Shown here piece after piece: positions 44,224 to 54,532 of a DNA stretch of 64,000 bases (positions are counted from its first letter, which is position 1; every line of letters starts with the position of its first letter). Origin of the DNA: an uncultured bacterium. GTDB taxonomy: Bacteria; Actinomycetota; Thermoleophilia; Solirubrobacterales; 70-9. Both the position numbers and the translations under genes were made by a program. The stretch lies in contig CAVUCV010000001.1 of the NCBI GenBank assembly GCA_963740125.1, positions 410,286 through 474,285 on the forward strand. Reading direction: 5' to 3'. The notes beneath the pieces were generated by a model. That model made no database searches, was not told where the DNA came from, and saw only the letters and a list, made by a program, of their open reading frames with translations.

Positions 44224-45813
44224 ATGCAAAAGCAAGCCCCTTCAGCCATCAGGATCCTCATCGCGGCAGCGTTCGCGGTGTCCTGCTTCGTGCTGCTCCT
44301 ATTCCTGTGGATCGCGTTCGGCGGGCCGGTCCCGTTCAAGGCGAAGAGCTACCAGATCACGGCGTACTTCCCCGAGGCCGCGCAGCTCGCGGTCGAGTCG
44401 GACGTGCGGATCGGCGGCGTCTCGGTGGGCAAGGTGAAGGAGACCGGGCTCGCTCCCATCGAGGCCCGGATCAACGGCAACGACACGACCGAGGCCGTGA
44501 TCGAGATCGAGCCGCAGTACGCGCCGATCTCAGAGGACGCCGAGGCGATCCTGCGCCAGAAGACGCTCCTGGGCGAGACCTACATCGAGCTCACGTCGGG
44601 AACCGAGCCCGGGACCACTGGCGTATCGCTGGGCGCCCAGGCCGGCTTGAGCGACGCCGAGGCGGACGAGGTCGACTCGATCCCCGAGGGCGGGACCCTC
44701 GGTGTCTCGCAGACGACAGAGGCGAACCAGATCGACGAGTTCTTCAACGCGCTCGACGAAGAGACCCGCATGTCGTTCCGCCGCTGGCAGGCATCGGCCG
44801 CCGTCGCCATCCGTGACCGCGGCCTTGATCTGAACGACGCCCTGGGCAACCTCGCTCCGTTCATCACGGACACGAGCGACCTCCTGGAGGTGCTCGATCG
44901 CCAGGAAGTGGCGCTCCAGGGCGCGGTGCGCGACACCGGCACGACGTTCGAGGCGCTCTCGTCGCGCGGCGACGAGCTGACGAACGCGATCCGTGGCGGC
45001 AGGAACACGTTCTCCGCGCTTGCCTCAGAGCAGGAGGCGCTGGCCGACCTCTTCCAGATCCTCCCGACGTTCCAGCGCGAGTCGCGGGCGACGCTGGTCC
45101 GCCTCGACCAGTTCCAGGAGAACGCGACCCCGACGATCGAGGCGCTGATGCCCGTGGCGCAGAAGCTCAGCCCCACCCTCGAGGACGTCAGGCGCCTCGC
45201 GCCGAACCTGCGGAACCTCTTCTACGACCTGCGCATCCTGAATCGCGTCTCCCTCAAGGGCCTGCCCGCCCTTCGCAGCTTTCTCACGGGCGTCGCGCCC
45301 GTCATCGACGAGCTCGAGCACTTCCTCGCGAACCTGAACCCGATCATCCGCTACCTCGGCTACCAGAAGTCCACGGTCGCCGACTTCCTGACGGGACCGG
45401 GCGCGGCGATGTCGGGTGCGCTCGACGGCTTCCCGGACGACCCGGCTCGGCGCCACTTCCTGCGCCAGCTGACCGTCGCGGGAACCGAGACGCTCTCGAT
45501 CCATCCCAACCGGCTCAACACGAACCGCGGGAACGGATACGTCGCCGACGGCGTGCTGAACGGGATCCAGGCGGCGGCGAACGGCATCTTCCCGAACTTC
45601 GATTGCCGCAATACCGACTACCTGCCGTTCGATCCCGCGGTTGAGTCGAAGTCCGACGAGGAGGAGCTCGAGGCGGGCGAGACCGATCCGGACCTCAACA
45701 TGGGCAATCCTCCGAGCGCGAGCTACGCCCCGTGCTTCATCGAGGGCGACTTCCCCGGCGGCGCCGCCTTCGGCGACGGCGACCGCGGAGTCGAGATCCG
45801 GCAAGACCCGTAG
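44224..45813 (+). CDS. MCE-family protein 6 of 6, intact
   Basis: 529 codons. TM, then YQITAYFPEAAQLAVESDVRIGGVSVGKVKE. Confidence 0.9.
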   Translation: MQKQAPSAIRILIAAAFAVSCFVLLLFLWIAFGGPVPFKAKSYQITAYFPEAAQLAVESDVRIGGVSVGKVKETGLAPIEARINGNDTTEAVIEIEPQYAPISEDAEAILRQKTLLGETYIELTSGTEPGTTGVSLGAQAGLSDAEADEVDSIPEGGTLGVSQTTEANQIDEFFNALDEETRMSFRRWQASAAVAIRDRGLDLNDALGNLAPFITDTSDLLEVLDRQEVALQGAVRDTGTTFEALSSRGDELTNAIRGGRNTFSALASEQEALADLFQILPTFQRESRATLVRLDQFQENATPTIEALMPVAQKLSPTLEDVRRLAPNLRNLFYDLRILNRVSLKGLPALRSFLTGVAPVIDELEHFLANLNPIIRYLGYQKSTVADFLTGPGAAMSGALDGFPDDPARRHFLRQLTVAGTETLSIHPNRLNTNRGNGYVADGVLNGIQAAANGIFPNFDCRNTDYLPFDPAVESKSDEEELEAGETDPDLNMGNPPSASYAPCFIEGDFPGGAAFGDGDRGVEIRQDP

Positions 45814-45832
45814 GGAGCCCACAACCCGCCAG

Positions 45833-45898
45833 AACCCTCAACCAACCCTCAAGGGGGTCTGACCCCGGGTCAGACCCCCTTGAGGCAACTTGAGGGTT
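45833..45898. repeat. Intergenic palindromic repeat, copy 3: about 66 bp hairpin just downstream of the last mce gene; possible terminator
   Basis: AACCCTCAACCAACCCTCAAGGGGGTCTGACCC / GGGTCAGACCCCCTTGAGGCAACTTGAGGGTT. The arms are complementary except for a 4-nt internal bubble. It shares its core with 18617-18727. Confidence 0.8.
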
Positions 45899-45924
45899 GC
45901 GATCCGCCCACTAGGGTTGCCGCC

Positions 45925-46760
45925 ATGTCACTCAAGGCCGGACCGTTGTCATGTCGGGCGGGAGCCGGGGGATCGGCCTCGCGATCGCGAAGAGGATCGC
46001 GCAGGACGGGGCGAACCTCGTCCTGATCGCGAAGACCGCGGAGCCTCATCCGAAGTTGCCCGGAACCGTGTTCACGGCCGCCGAGGAGATCGAGGAGGCG
46101 GGCGGGCAGGCGCTGCCGATCGTGGGCGACGTGCGCGACGAGAATCAGGTGGAGGCCGCGGTCGCCCAGGCGGCCGAGAAGTTCGGCGGCGTGGACATCG
46201 TCGTCAACAACGCCTCCGCGATCAACCTCTCGCCGATGGCGGACCTCGAGGTGAAGCGGTTCGACCTGATGCAGTCGATCAACTCCCGTGGGACCTTCGT
46301 CCTGACCAAGGCGGCCCTACCGCACCTGCGCGAGTCCGAGCATGCCCACGTCCTCACCCTTTCGCCGCCCCTGTCCGCCGATCCGAAGTGGCTCAAGGGG
46401 AACTCGGCGTACACGCTGTCGAAGATGGGCATGACAATGCTCACCCTCGGGCTCGCCCAGGACGAGGCTGAGAACGGCGTGGCCGCGAACTGCCTCTGGC
46501 CGCGAACGATCATCGCGACCGCGGCCGTCCAGAACCTGCTTGGCGGCGACGAGGCGATGGCCCGGTCCCGCACGCCCGACATCTACGCGGACGCCGCTTA
46601 CGCGATCGTCTCGCGTGATCCGCGCAAATGCACGGGCAACGCCTATATCGACGACGAGGTGCTCGCCGAGGAGGGGATCACCGATCTCTCGAAGTACTCA
46701 GCCCCCGATGCCGAACTGGTTCTCGACCTTTTCGTGGACGGCTGGCCGGAATTGCGGTAG
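45925..46760 (+). pseudogene. SDR family oxidoreductase (HSDL2-like); one frame change right after the start (about 45940)
   Basis: MSLKAG, then TVVMSGGSRGIG (TGxxxGxG-type motif), NNAS and YTLSK. The remaining 269 codons are uninterrupted. Confidence 0.8.
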
Positions 46761-46901
46761 CGCGAGCGGCGGCCGCCCCAGACGCCCCCTCCAGGGGGCC
46801 GTGCATTTCGGTTTCGCCCGTCTGGACCGTGGTGTTGGGTACTTCCTTAGCCCCAGGAGGAGCGTCCGGGGCGTCCACCGCCGGTTCGCGGTTTCTCGGC
46901 G

Positions 46902-48090
46902 CTAGGGAACGCGGTAGCGCTCGGCGCGGATCTCGCCGTCGCGAACGCTCATCCTGTCGTTCGGCTGCGCCGAGGCCAGCTTCGGCAGGCCCGCCATGAC
47001 GATATTCACGAACACGGGCTTGGGCTGCGCCGTTCTTGAGGGGCAGATCGCGCTTGACGTATGCGGTCGCGGCCTTCGGTGAATTGCACGGGTCCTGATA
47101 GGTGCTGCCTCCATGGGTGCAGTTGAAGCCGTTCTGCTCCGTGATCTCGCCTCCGCTCGAGAACGTCTTGGCCACGAAGCCGTTCGTGCGGATCTCGGTG
47201 GGCGACGTGGCGATGATCACCCGCGTGCCGATGAAGACGTTGTAGGGAACGCTCGAAATCCCGATGCGTTGCTTGGCGCGGATCCTGAGCGCGTCCCCCT
47301 TTCGCAGGCCGTTGATGCGAAGCGACCTCACCACCCGGCGCCCTTTGTTTCCGCTGGGCTCGATCGGAACCGTGTCGCGCACCTTCGCGCCTCCTTCCTG
47401 CACAGCGGGCCGCGGGATCGCGCCTCGCTCGAGGAGCCCGTCGACGCGGCCCTTGTCGCCGTCGACGGAGCCGTCAGGGCGATCGGCGCCGACGACGACC
47501 ACGTCCCCGGATCCCGCGTTCTGGTGATCGGCGGAGGCAACGACGTTCAAGAAGCAGGCATCCGGCGGGCAGGGCAGGTTGCCCACGTTCCTGACCCGCT
47601 TGACCGCATCGTGGAAGACGAGGACACAGTGGTGATTCCGGTTCGGGCGCTTCTGGTTGCACCGTCTGGTGTCGACGCCCGAAATCGGGTCCGCGTTCGA
47701 CCCGCCCGTCGCGGTAGAGCTCGACGCCAGGACCACCTGCCCGTCCATTCGCGGGCTGTAGCTGTACTGACTGCCGATGCAGCGCGGCTCGAAGGTGACG
47801 CATGTCGTGGACAGCTGCAACTCCGCAGTCGCCCGAAGGATGTCGCCACGCCGCAGCCCGCCGCCCGCCTTGACCCGCTCAGAGAGGACGACGAATGGCT
47901 GCGCGCCCCGCGACCGGGTGATGGGGATCGTGGCCCTCGTCTCGTTGTTGCCACGCGAGTCGATTGACGCGATCAGCGCCGGCTCGATCTCACCTCGCGC
48001 CGCGTGAACAGGCAGCGCGAGCGCTCCGGCGCCCGCCAGCAACACGGCGAGCACCGCGGCTCGCGTCCGGCCCCTGCCCTTCGCATCCAT
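46902..48090 (-). pseudogene. Secreted hypothetical protein with an internal two-fold repeat and conserved Cys pairs; one frame change near 47020
   Basis: Signal peptide MDAKGRGRTRAAVLAVLLAGAGALALPVHA. Repeated module (VVLSERVKAGGGLRRGDILRATAEL / VVRSLRINGLRKGDALRIRAKQ). No recognisable family. Local GC is about 63%, against 70-73% in neighbouring genes. Confidence 0.5.
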
Positions 48091-48220
48091 GTGCGAAGTT
48101 TCGCAAACGGGTTGGCGCCAAAGCGCTATCCCACGGGGTGGGCCTGGCAACCTCGGTTAGCTCACGAGGCGCCGGGGTAGCGCCCAGCGAAGGGTCAAAT
48201 CGATTGAAAGGGGCGAAGCA

Positions 48221-48619
48221 ATGCCAAGTTTGAAACGTTCGAAGCCGAAGACAGTCACGGACCGCGTCAAGGCGGCCGGCGCAGCCGCCGGTGATGCCGG
48301 CAAGGCCGTTGGCAACGCCGCGCAGGCCGCCGGAGAGGTCGTCGCCGAAGGCGCCAAGACGGTCCGCGACCGCGCGGTCGCAACCACGAAGAGCGCGCCG
48401 TCCGGCCTCGAGTCGACGCGCGGCAAGGCCGTCGCAGCGGTTGGAGCCGCCGGTGCCGCGGCCGGCGCCGTCGCGTTCTGGAAGAAGTCTCAGGGCGACG
48501 AGCCCGACGTGGTCGTGGACCCCTCAGAGAAGGAGCCGACGTCGGTGACGACGACCCAGACCGCCGAGGCGAAGGCGGCCAAGGAGGCGGCGTCCCCGGA
48601 CGACGGAGGCTCGAGCTAG
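48221..48619 (+). CDS. Small Ala/Lys-rich hypothetical protein, intact
   Basis: AAAGGGG RBS. 132 codons with one central hydrophobic segment (AVAAVGAAGAAAGAVAFW). Confidence 0.5.
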   Translation: MPSLKRSKPKTVTDRVKAAGAAAGDAGKAVGNAAQAAGEVVAEGAKTVRDRAVATTKSAPSGLESTRGKAVAAVGAAGAAAGAVAFWKKSQGDEPDVVVDPSEKEPTSVTTTQTAEAKAAKEAASPDDGGSS

Positions 48620-49500
48620 GACTCGACCTTTTCGGCGACGGCGTCCGGCCGGGCCGAGGCGGCCGCGCGCGTCTCGCCGTCGCGCAGGGCGTTCGCGATG
48701 TTCTCGTCGCGGGTGGAGAGCCTGTCGACGATCGGGTTCACGATCCCGCGCAGCGTTGACCACGCGGCCCACCAGCGCGGGCGGATGGTGCGCGGCTCGC
48801 TTTTCTCGATCCCGTCGACGATGCCCGCGCCCGCGACATCGGGCGTCAGCCGTTTCGTGACGAAGCTGGGAAACGCCTTCTCGACCTCGCGCGCAAGCGG
48901 GTCGGAGAAGGCCTGGCGCACCATGTCGGTGTCGATGAAGCCGAAGTAGGCGACGCCCGCACTGGCTCCGTGCGGGGCGAGCTCGACGCGAAGCGAGCGG
49001 CCGAGCGCCTCGACCCCCGCCTTGGCCATCGCGTAAGGGGTGGCGAGGACGCCGTTCATGAACGCGTAGATGGACGCGACGACGACGATGTGCCCGCGCT
49101 GCTCGATCACATGGGGGAGGGCGGGCCTCACCGTGCGCCAGACGCCCATGAGGTCGACTTCGACGACCCGCTCGAACTCGTCGTTGTCGATGACGTGCAT
49201 CGGCTCGGTCGGCGGCGCGATTCCGGCGTTCGCGACAACGATCGAGATCGGCCCGAGCTCCTCGCCGACGCGCGACGACGACGTCCTCCATGGCCGCGAG
49301 ATCGGTCACGTCGGCTTCGATCGCGAGGGTGCGCTCGCCGATCTCCGCCGCGGAGCGCTCGACTGCGCCGAGATCGAGGTCGACCATCGCGACCTGAGCG
49401 CCGCGACGGTGTAGCTCCTTGGCCGTGGCCAGCCCGATGCCCTTCTGGGCGCCGGTGACCAGCGCGACCTTGCCGCGGACTGGGTATCGCGTGCCGGCAT
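48616..49500 (-). pseudogene. Short-chain dehydrogenase/reductase; about two frame changes
   Basis: KVALVTGAQKGIG, ANAGI and YAMAKAG (YxxxK). Confidence 0.75.
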
Positions 49501-49598
49501 ACGCGGCGCGATGCTACGGCCTTCCGGGCCGTTAAGCCGACTTCCCGCTCGGGTAGCGCGCAGATACACGGTGCAATTCGACCCCAAAGGAGGACGAA

Positions 49599-50041
49599 AT
49601 GTCCAAGACCGCCAGAGACATCATGAACGAGGGCTGCGAGTGCGCAGGCGAGAACGACATCGGTAGCTGACGCGGCGCAAGAAGCTCGAAGAGCCTCGAC
49701 GTGGGCTCGATGCCGATCTGCGGCGAGGACGACCGCCTCAAGGGCATGATCACCGATCGCGACATCGTCACGAAGGTGATCGCGGAAGGCAAGGACCCGT
49801 CTTCGTCAACGTCGGCGAGCTCGGCGAGGGCAAGCCGGTCACGATCGGCGCGGATGACTCCGTCTCGGAGGCCATCAGGACGATGAAGGAGCATCAGGTC
49901 CGCCGCCTGCCGGTGATCGACGGTCATGACCTCGTCGGCATCGTCAGCCAGGCGGACATCGCCAAGAACGCGGAAGAGGAAGAGGTCGGCGAGCTCGTCG
50001 AAGCGATTCTCGCAGTCGCTGACCGGATGGCCGCGACGCGA
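49599..50041 (+). pseudogene. Tandem-CBS-domain protein resembling hypoxic response protein 1 (Rv2626c); about three frame changes
   Basis: AAAGGAGG RBS. MSKTARDIMNEG..., MPICGEDDRLKGMITDRDIV and MKEHQVRRLPVIDGHDLVGIVSQADIA. Confidence 0.75.
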
Positions 50042-50045
50042 TATT

Positions 50046-51018
50046 TCTACGGCGCAGCCCACGAGGGCTTTCCCGCCTTCTGAGCTGATCGCCCAAGCGG
50101 TCGCGGCCGAAGAGGCCGGGTTCGAGGGGATCTCGGCCTCCGACCACCTGCAGCCGTGGTGGGAGCCGGGGAGTCGGGCCAGGCGTGGACCTGGCTCGGC
50201 GCCGCCGGCCAGGCCACGAACAAGGTGGAGATCGGCACCGGTGTGACCGCGCCGATGTATCGCTACAACCCGGTGATCGTTGCGCAGGCGTTCGCGACCC
50301 TGGAGGAGATGTTCCCGGGACGGGCCTTCCTCGGGATCGGATCGGGCGAGGCGCTGAACGAATCGCCGACGGGTGCCGACTGGCCGGCCCCGAAGCCAGG
50401 TCGAGAGGATGGCTGAGGCGCTCGAGATCATCTCCCGCCTTTACGACGGGGAACGCGTCGACTTCGAGGGAGAGCACTTCACGACTCGTGGCGCCTATCT
50501 GCACACGCGCGGGAAGCGGCGACCGCCCGTCTGGGTTTCGGCCTTCGGGCCCGAGGCTGCGAAGGTCGCCGCGAAATGGGGCGATGGCCTATGGACGCTG
50601 GCCGATCCCGAGCAGGCTCCAGAGGTGATCGACGTATACCGCTCCGCGTGTGACGACGAAGGCAAGGATCCCGGGCGAAATCCTCCTCCACACCGGCTTT
50701 CAGCTGGCACGAAGACGACGAGACGGCATTCGAGAGCGCGCGAAAGTGGAAGTCGACCGGCGTCGACGCCTATTACACCGATGATATCCACGACCCCGAG
50801 GAGATGTACAGCGCGCCGAGCGCGAGATCTCCGACGATGAGTTCAGGGCGTCCTTCATCCTGACCTCCGATGTCGACGAGCACATCGAGCGCATTCGCGA
50901 GATCGAGCAGATGGGCGCGACGATCGTGATCCTGATGAACATCACCGGTGACGATCCGCACGCGGCAATCCGCACGTACGGCGACAAGGTGCTCCCAGCC
51001 GTGCGTGACGAGGGCTAG
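50046..51018 (+). pseudogene. Luciferase-like (LLM class) F420-dependent oxidoreductase, Fgd-like; about four frame changes
   Basis: ISASDHLQPWW, IGTGVTAPMYRYNPVIVAQAFATLEEMFPGRAFLGIGSGEALNE, LYDGERVDFEGEHFT and IREIEQMGATIV. Confidence 0.8.
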
Positions 51019-51035
51019 TTCATAGCCTTCGGGCC

Positions 51036-51685
51036 GTGGTCGAAGCAGTCATCTTGGACGTCGACGGCACCCTCGTCGACACGAACTACCAGCACGCGAT
51101 CGCGTGGGACCGGGCGCTCGCCCGCCACGGCGCGTTCGTCGAGCTGTGGCGGATCCACCGGCACATCGGCATGGGCGGGGACCAGCTCGTGGCCGAGCTC
51201 GCCGGGGATGAGGTCGAGGAGTCGAGGGCGACGAGATCCGCGACGCGGAATCGGAGCTCTACGGCGAGCTGATCGGCGAGGTCCGAGTGATCGAGGGGGC
51301 GCCCGAGCTCATCCGCGAGCTCGAACGAGCGGGAGTCGACGTGGTCCTCGCCTCCTCGGCGCCCGAGGACGAGGTCGGCCGGTACGTCGAGATGCTCGGG
51401 GTCGAGGGCAGCGTCGAATGGACCACCTCCGGCGACGTCGAGAACACGAAACCGAAGCCCGACCTCGTCGAGGCCGCGCTTCGAGAGGGCCGGCACCCGC
51501 GAACGCGCTCATGGTCGGCGACACGGAATGGGACATCGAAGGCCGCAAAGCGCGCCGGAATCCCGACGATCGGCGTGCTCACCGGCGGCTTTTCGCGCGC
51601 GGAATTGAGTGAAGCGGGGGCAATCGAGGTATACGAGTCCGTGATGGGGATTGCGGAAGATCTCGACGCCGCTCTGAGCCGATGA
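51036..51685 (+). pseudogene. HAD-superfamily hydrolase; about three frame changes
   Basis: Motif I ILDVDGTLVDT, then VVLASSA, TKPKPD and MVGDTEWDIE. Confidence 0.75.
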
Positions 51686-51694
51686 TCGGTGCTC

Positions 51695-53089
51695 ATGGAC
51701 GAGGGCACGCGAACTCGGCAACGGGCGCTACGTGCTTCAGAGCCGCCTGGGCCGGGGCGGCGCCGCGACCGTCTGGCTGGCCGAGGACACGGTGCTGGAG
51801 CGCCCGGTCGCGGTCAAGGTGCTCTCCGAGGGGCTCGCCGCCGACGAGAGCTGGCTCGCGCGCTTCGGCCGGGAGGCCCGCATGGCAGCAGGGCTCTCCC
51901 ACCCGAATCTGGTCTCCGTCTATGACTTCGCGCGCGGAGCGAGCGTCCCTACATCGTCATGGCGCACATGCCGGGCGGGTCCCTCTGGGATCGCCTCCAG
52001 GAGGGCGACGCGTCGGACCCCGAAGACCTCGCGCACGATCTCCTCTCCGCGCTCGAGTCGCGATCCACTCCGGCCGGGATCATCCACCGCGACATCAAGC
52101 CGGGGAACGTGCTCTTCGACCGCGACGGAACCGCATGCCTGACCGACTTCGGCGTCGCGCGGCCCGAGGACGCGACCTCGCTGACGCAGACCGGCCACAT
52201 TCCGGGCACCGCCCGCTTCATGGCGCCCGAGCTGTGGCGGGGCCACCCCGCCGACGAGCGGACGGACCTCTACGCCGCGGGCATCGTGCTGCGGCAAGCG
52301 ATCGGCAACGACGCGCCCGAGCCGATCCTCGACCTGATCGAGCGCCTCGCCGCCGAGGAGCCCGCCGACCGGCCGGCATCGGCGCGCGGCCGCGCTGGCC
52401 GAGATGGGTGGAGCCGAGCCCACGCCGACGGCGCCGCTCGAGCCGGACGATCGCACGGAGGCCCAGACGCCGCGCACCTTGGTCATCCAGCCCGAGACAC
52501 GGTCGCATCGCCGCGCGGCGATCGCGGGCGTTGCGGTGCTGGCCGTCGTCGCCGTCGTCGCAATCGCGCAGGCCATCGGTAGCGGGGACGACGATTCCCC
52601 GGCAGGATCCGGCGGCACAGCGGCGTCGAGCGACTCGCAGAAAGGCAACTCCGGACAGCGGCAACGGCGACTCCGGATCAGGCTCCGGAGGCGGCTCGGG
52701 CCCCGAGAAGCAGGTGAGCAACGAGACCCCGCCCGCCGTGGACCCGGTCGCGCTGGACCAGGAGGGCAGGGCCCTGATCGACGCCGGGCGACCCGGAGGC
52801 GGCGATCCCGATCCTCGCAGCAGGCGGTCGACTATTACCCCGAGGACTCGCGCGACATCAACTACGCCTACTCCCTCTACAACCTCGGCGACGCGCTGCT
52901 CCTGGCCGGCCGCCCCGACGAGGCGATCCCGTACCTCGAGAAGCGACATGACCTTCGACGACGGCCAGCTCGACACGGTCCAGGCGACGCTCGACGAGGC
53001 GCACGAGGCAGCTGGGGTCTCGTCAGGCGGAGGCGGCGAAGGCAAGACCGGAGAAGGTCCCGCCCGGCCAGGAGAAGAAGGACGACTAG
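51695..53089 (+). pseudogene. Ser/Thr protein kinase with a TM segment and a TPR-like extracellular tail; about five frame changes
   Basis: GRGGAATVWLA, VAVKVL, catalytic loop HRDIKPGNVL, LTDFGVAR and GTARFMAPE. TM segment AAIAGVAVLAVVAVVAIA, then YAYSLYNLGDALLLAGRPDEAIPYLEK. Confidence 0.8.
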
Positions 53090-53725
53090 GACCGGTTGCC
53101 CAGGGCGAGGCCTGTCTCGGCGTCGATGCCGAACGTCCAGCCGGGGTGCTCCCGCGTCCAGCGCTCGACGATCTCGCGCTCCGGGCCCGGTCCGCGTCGT
53201 CGAGAGCCACGAGGCCCCGATCCGCGACCCGGTCGGCGAGCGCATCCATGGCGGGATAGCGGCTGTGGGACATGCCCTCGCCGTATCCCGGCGGGCCGTC
53301 GACCAGCAGCAGGTCGATGTCGTTCGGGAAGACGAGCGACCGATTCGCCGGAGTACCAGGGCGCTCCCGCCCAGCTCGAGGGGTGAGGCTCCAGCGAGGA
53401 GGCGATCACCTCGACCACGTCGCCCAGCCCCTCGCGCTCGATCTGGGAGCGGACGAGGGCGGCCCAGGCGGGGTCGTGCTCGAGCGGTCGTCAGCGTGCC
53501 ACCGCGCTCTGCCAGAAGGCGCCCGATGACGATCGAGGAGATGCCCGACCCCAGCTCGACGACGGTCCGCGCGCTCGGCGAGCGCGATCTCGTTCAGGAC
53601 CGCAACGAGGGCCGCGGGCCTGAGCGCGCCTTCGGTCCACGGCAGGTAGGGCCGCCCGTCGAGGAGGGGTCTCAGGACCTGCCAGGCCCAGGCGTCCCGG
53701 TCCGGCGGGTCAGGCGGAGCGCTCA
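53086..53725 (-). pseudogene. Class I SAM-dependent methyltransferase (Methyltransf_24-like); multiple frame changes, start uncertain
   Basis: VVELGSGISSIVIG, TVEHDPAWAA, IDLLLVDGPPGY and the C-terminus REIVERWTREHPGWTF, in different frames. Confidence 0.5.
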
Positions 53726-54532
53726 GCGGCCCTTGAACTCCGGCTCGCGCTTCTGCGCGAACGCCATGACCCCCTCGACGAAGTCCTTCGAGTGGCCCAT
53801 CTCCCGCTGCTGGTCCGCCTCGGCCTCGAGCTGACCGGCGAGGTCGGCGTAGACGCGGCGGTTGAGAAGCGCCTTCGCTCCGGCGTATGAGCGGGTCGGG
53901 CCCTTCGCGAGGCGCTCGACCAGGGCTCGGGACTCGCTGTGGAGCGACTCATCGGGCACAACCGAGTTCACGAGGCCCCACTCGAGCGCCTTCGAGGCGC
54001 TCACGCGCTCGCCGAGCATCATCATCTCGGCCGCTCGGGCGAGGCCGATCCGCGCGGGGACGAACGCGGTCGAGCCCCCGTCGGGGACGAGGCCGATGTT
54101 GACGAAGGCCAGGAGGAAGAACGAGGAGTGCGCGGCAACGATCAGGTCCGCGGAGAGCGCGAGCGAGCAGCCGATGCCCGCGGCGGGCCCGTTCACGGCG
54201 GAGACGACCGGCTTCGGCATGTCGCGGACCGCGTGGATGATCGGGTGGTAGCGCTCGCGAAGGCGTTTCGAGAGGTCGAAGTTGCCGTCTGCGTCGAGCG
54301 AGTCGGAGGTGTCCTCGCGGGTCTCCGTCAGGTCGGCGCCGGACGAGAACGCGCGACCCGCGCCCGTCAGGAGGACCGCGCGCACGGCCTCGTCGGCGGC
54401 GACCGTCTCCAGCGCACGCCGGAGGTCGTCCCCGAGCTGGAAGTTCCACGCGTTCAGGGCGTCCGGCCGGTTGAGCTCGACCGTCGCCACACCGTCGGCG
54501 ACCTCGAGGTTGACGGTTTCGAACTCAGGCAC
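53723..54532 (-). CDS. Enoyl-CoA hydratase/isomerase (crotonase family), intact
   Basis: GTG at 54532. VATVELNRPDALNAW, LTGAGRAFSSGADL and AVNGPAAGIGCSLAL. 269 uninterrupted codons. Confidence 0.9.
   Translation of the reverse strand: MPEFETVNLEVADGVATVELNRPDALNAWNFQLGDDLRRALETVAADEAVRAVLLTGAGRAFSSGADLTETREDTSDSLDADGNFDLSKRLRERYHPIIHAVRDMPKPVVSAVNGPAAGIGCSLALSADLIVAAHSSFFLLAFVNIGLVPDGGSTAFVPARIGLARAAEMMMLGERVSASKALEWGLVNSVVPDESLHSESRALVERLAKGPTRSYAGAKALLNRRVYADLAGQLEAEADQQREMGHSKDFVEGVMAFAQKREPEFKGR

Noticed and set aside
49515-49555. Possible DosR box upstream of the Hrp1-like CBS gene (cttccgggccgttaagccgacttcccg)
   Set aside because: It matches the TTSGGGACTWWAGTCCCSAA consensus at only a few positions, and the GGGAC/GTCCC half-sites are absent.
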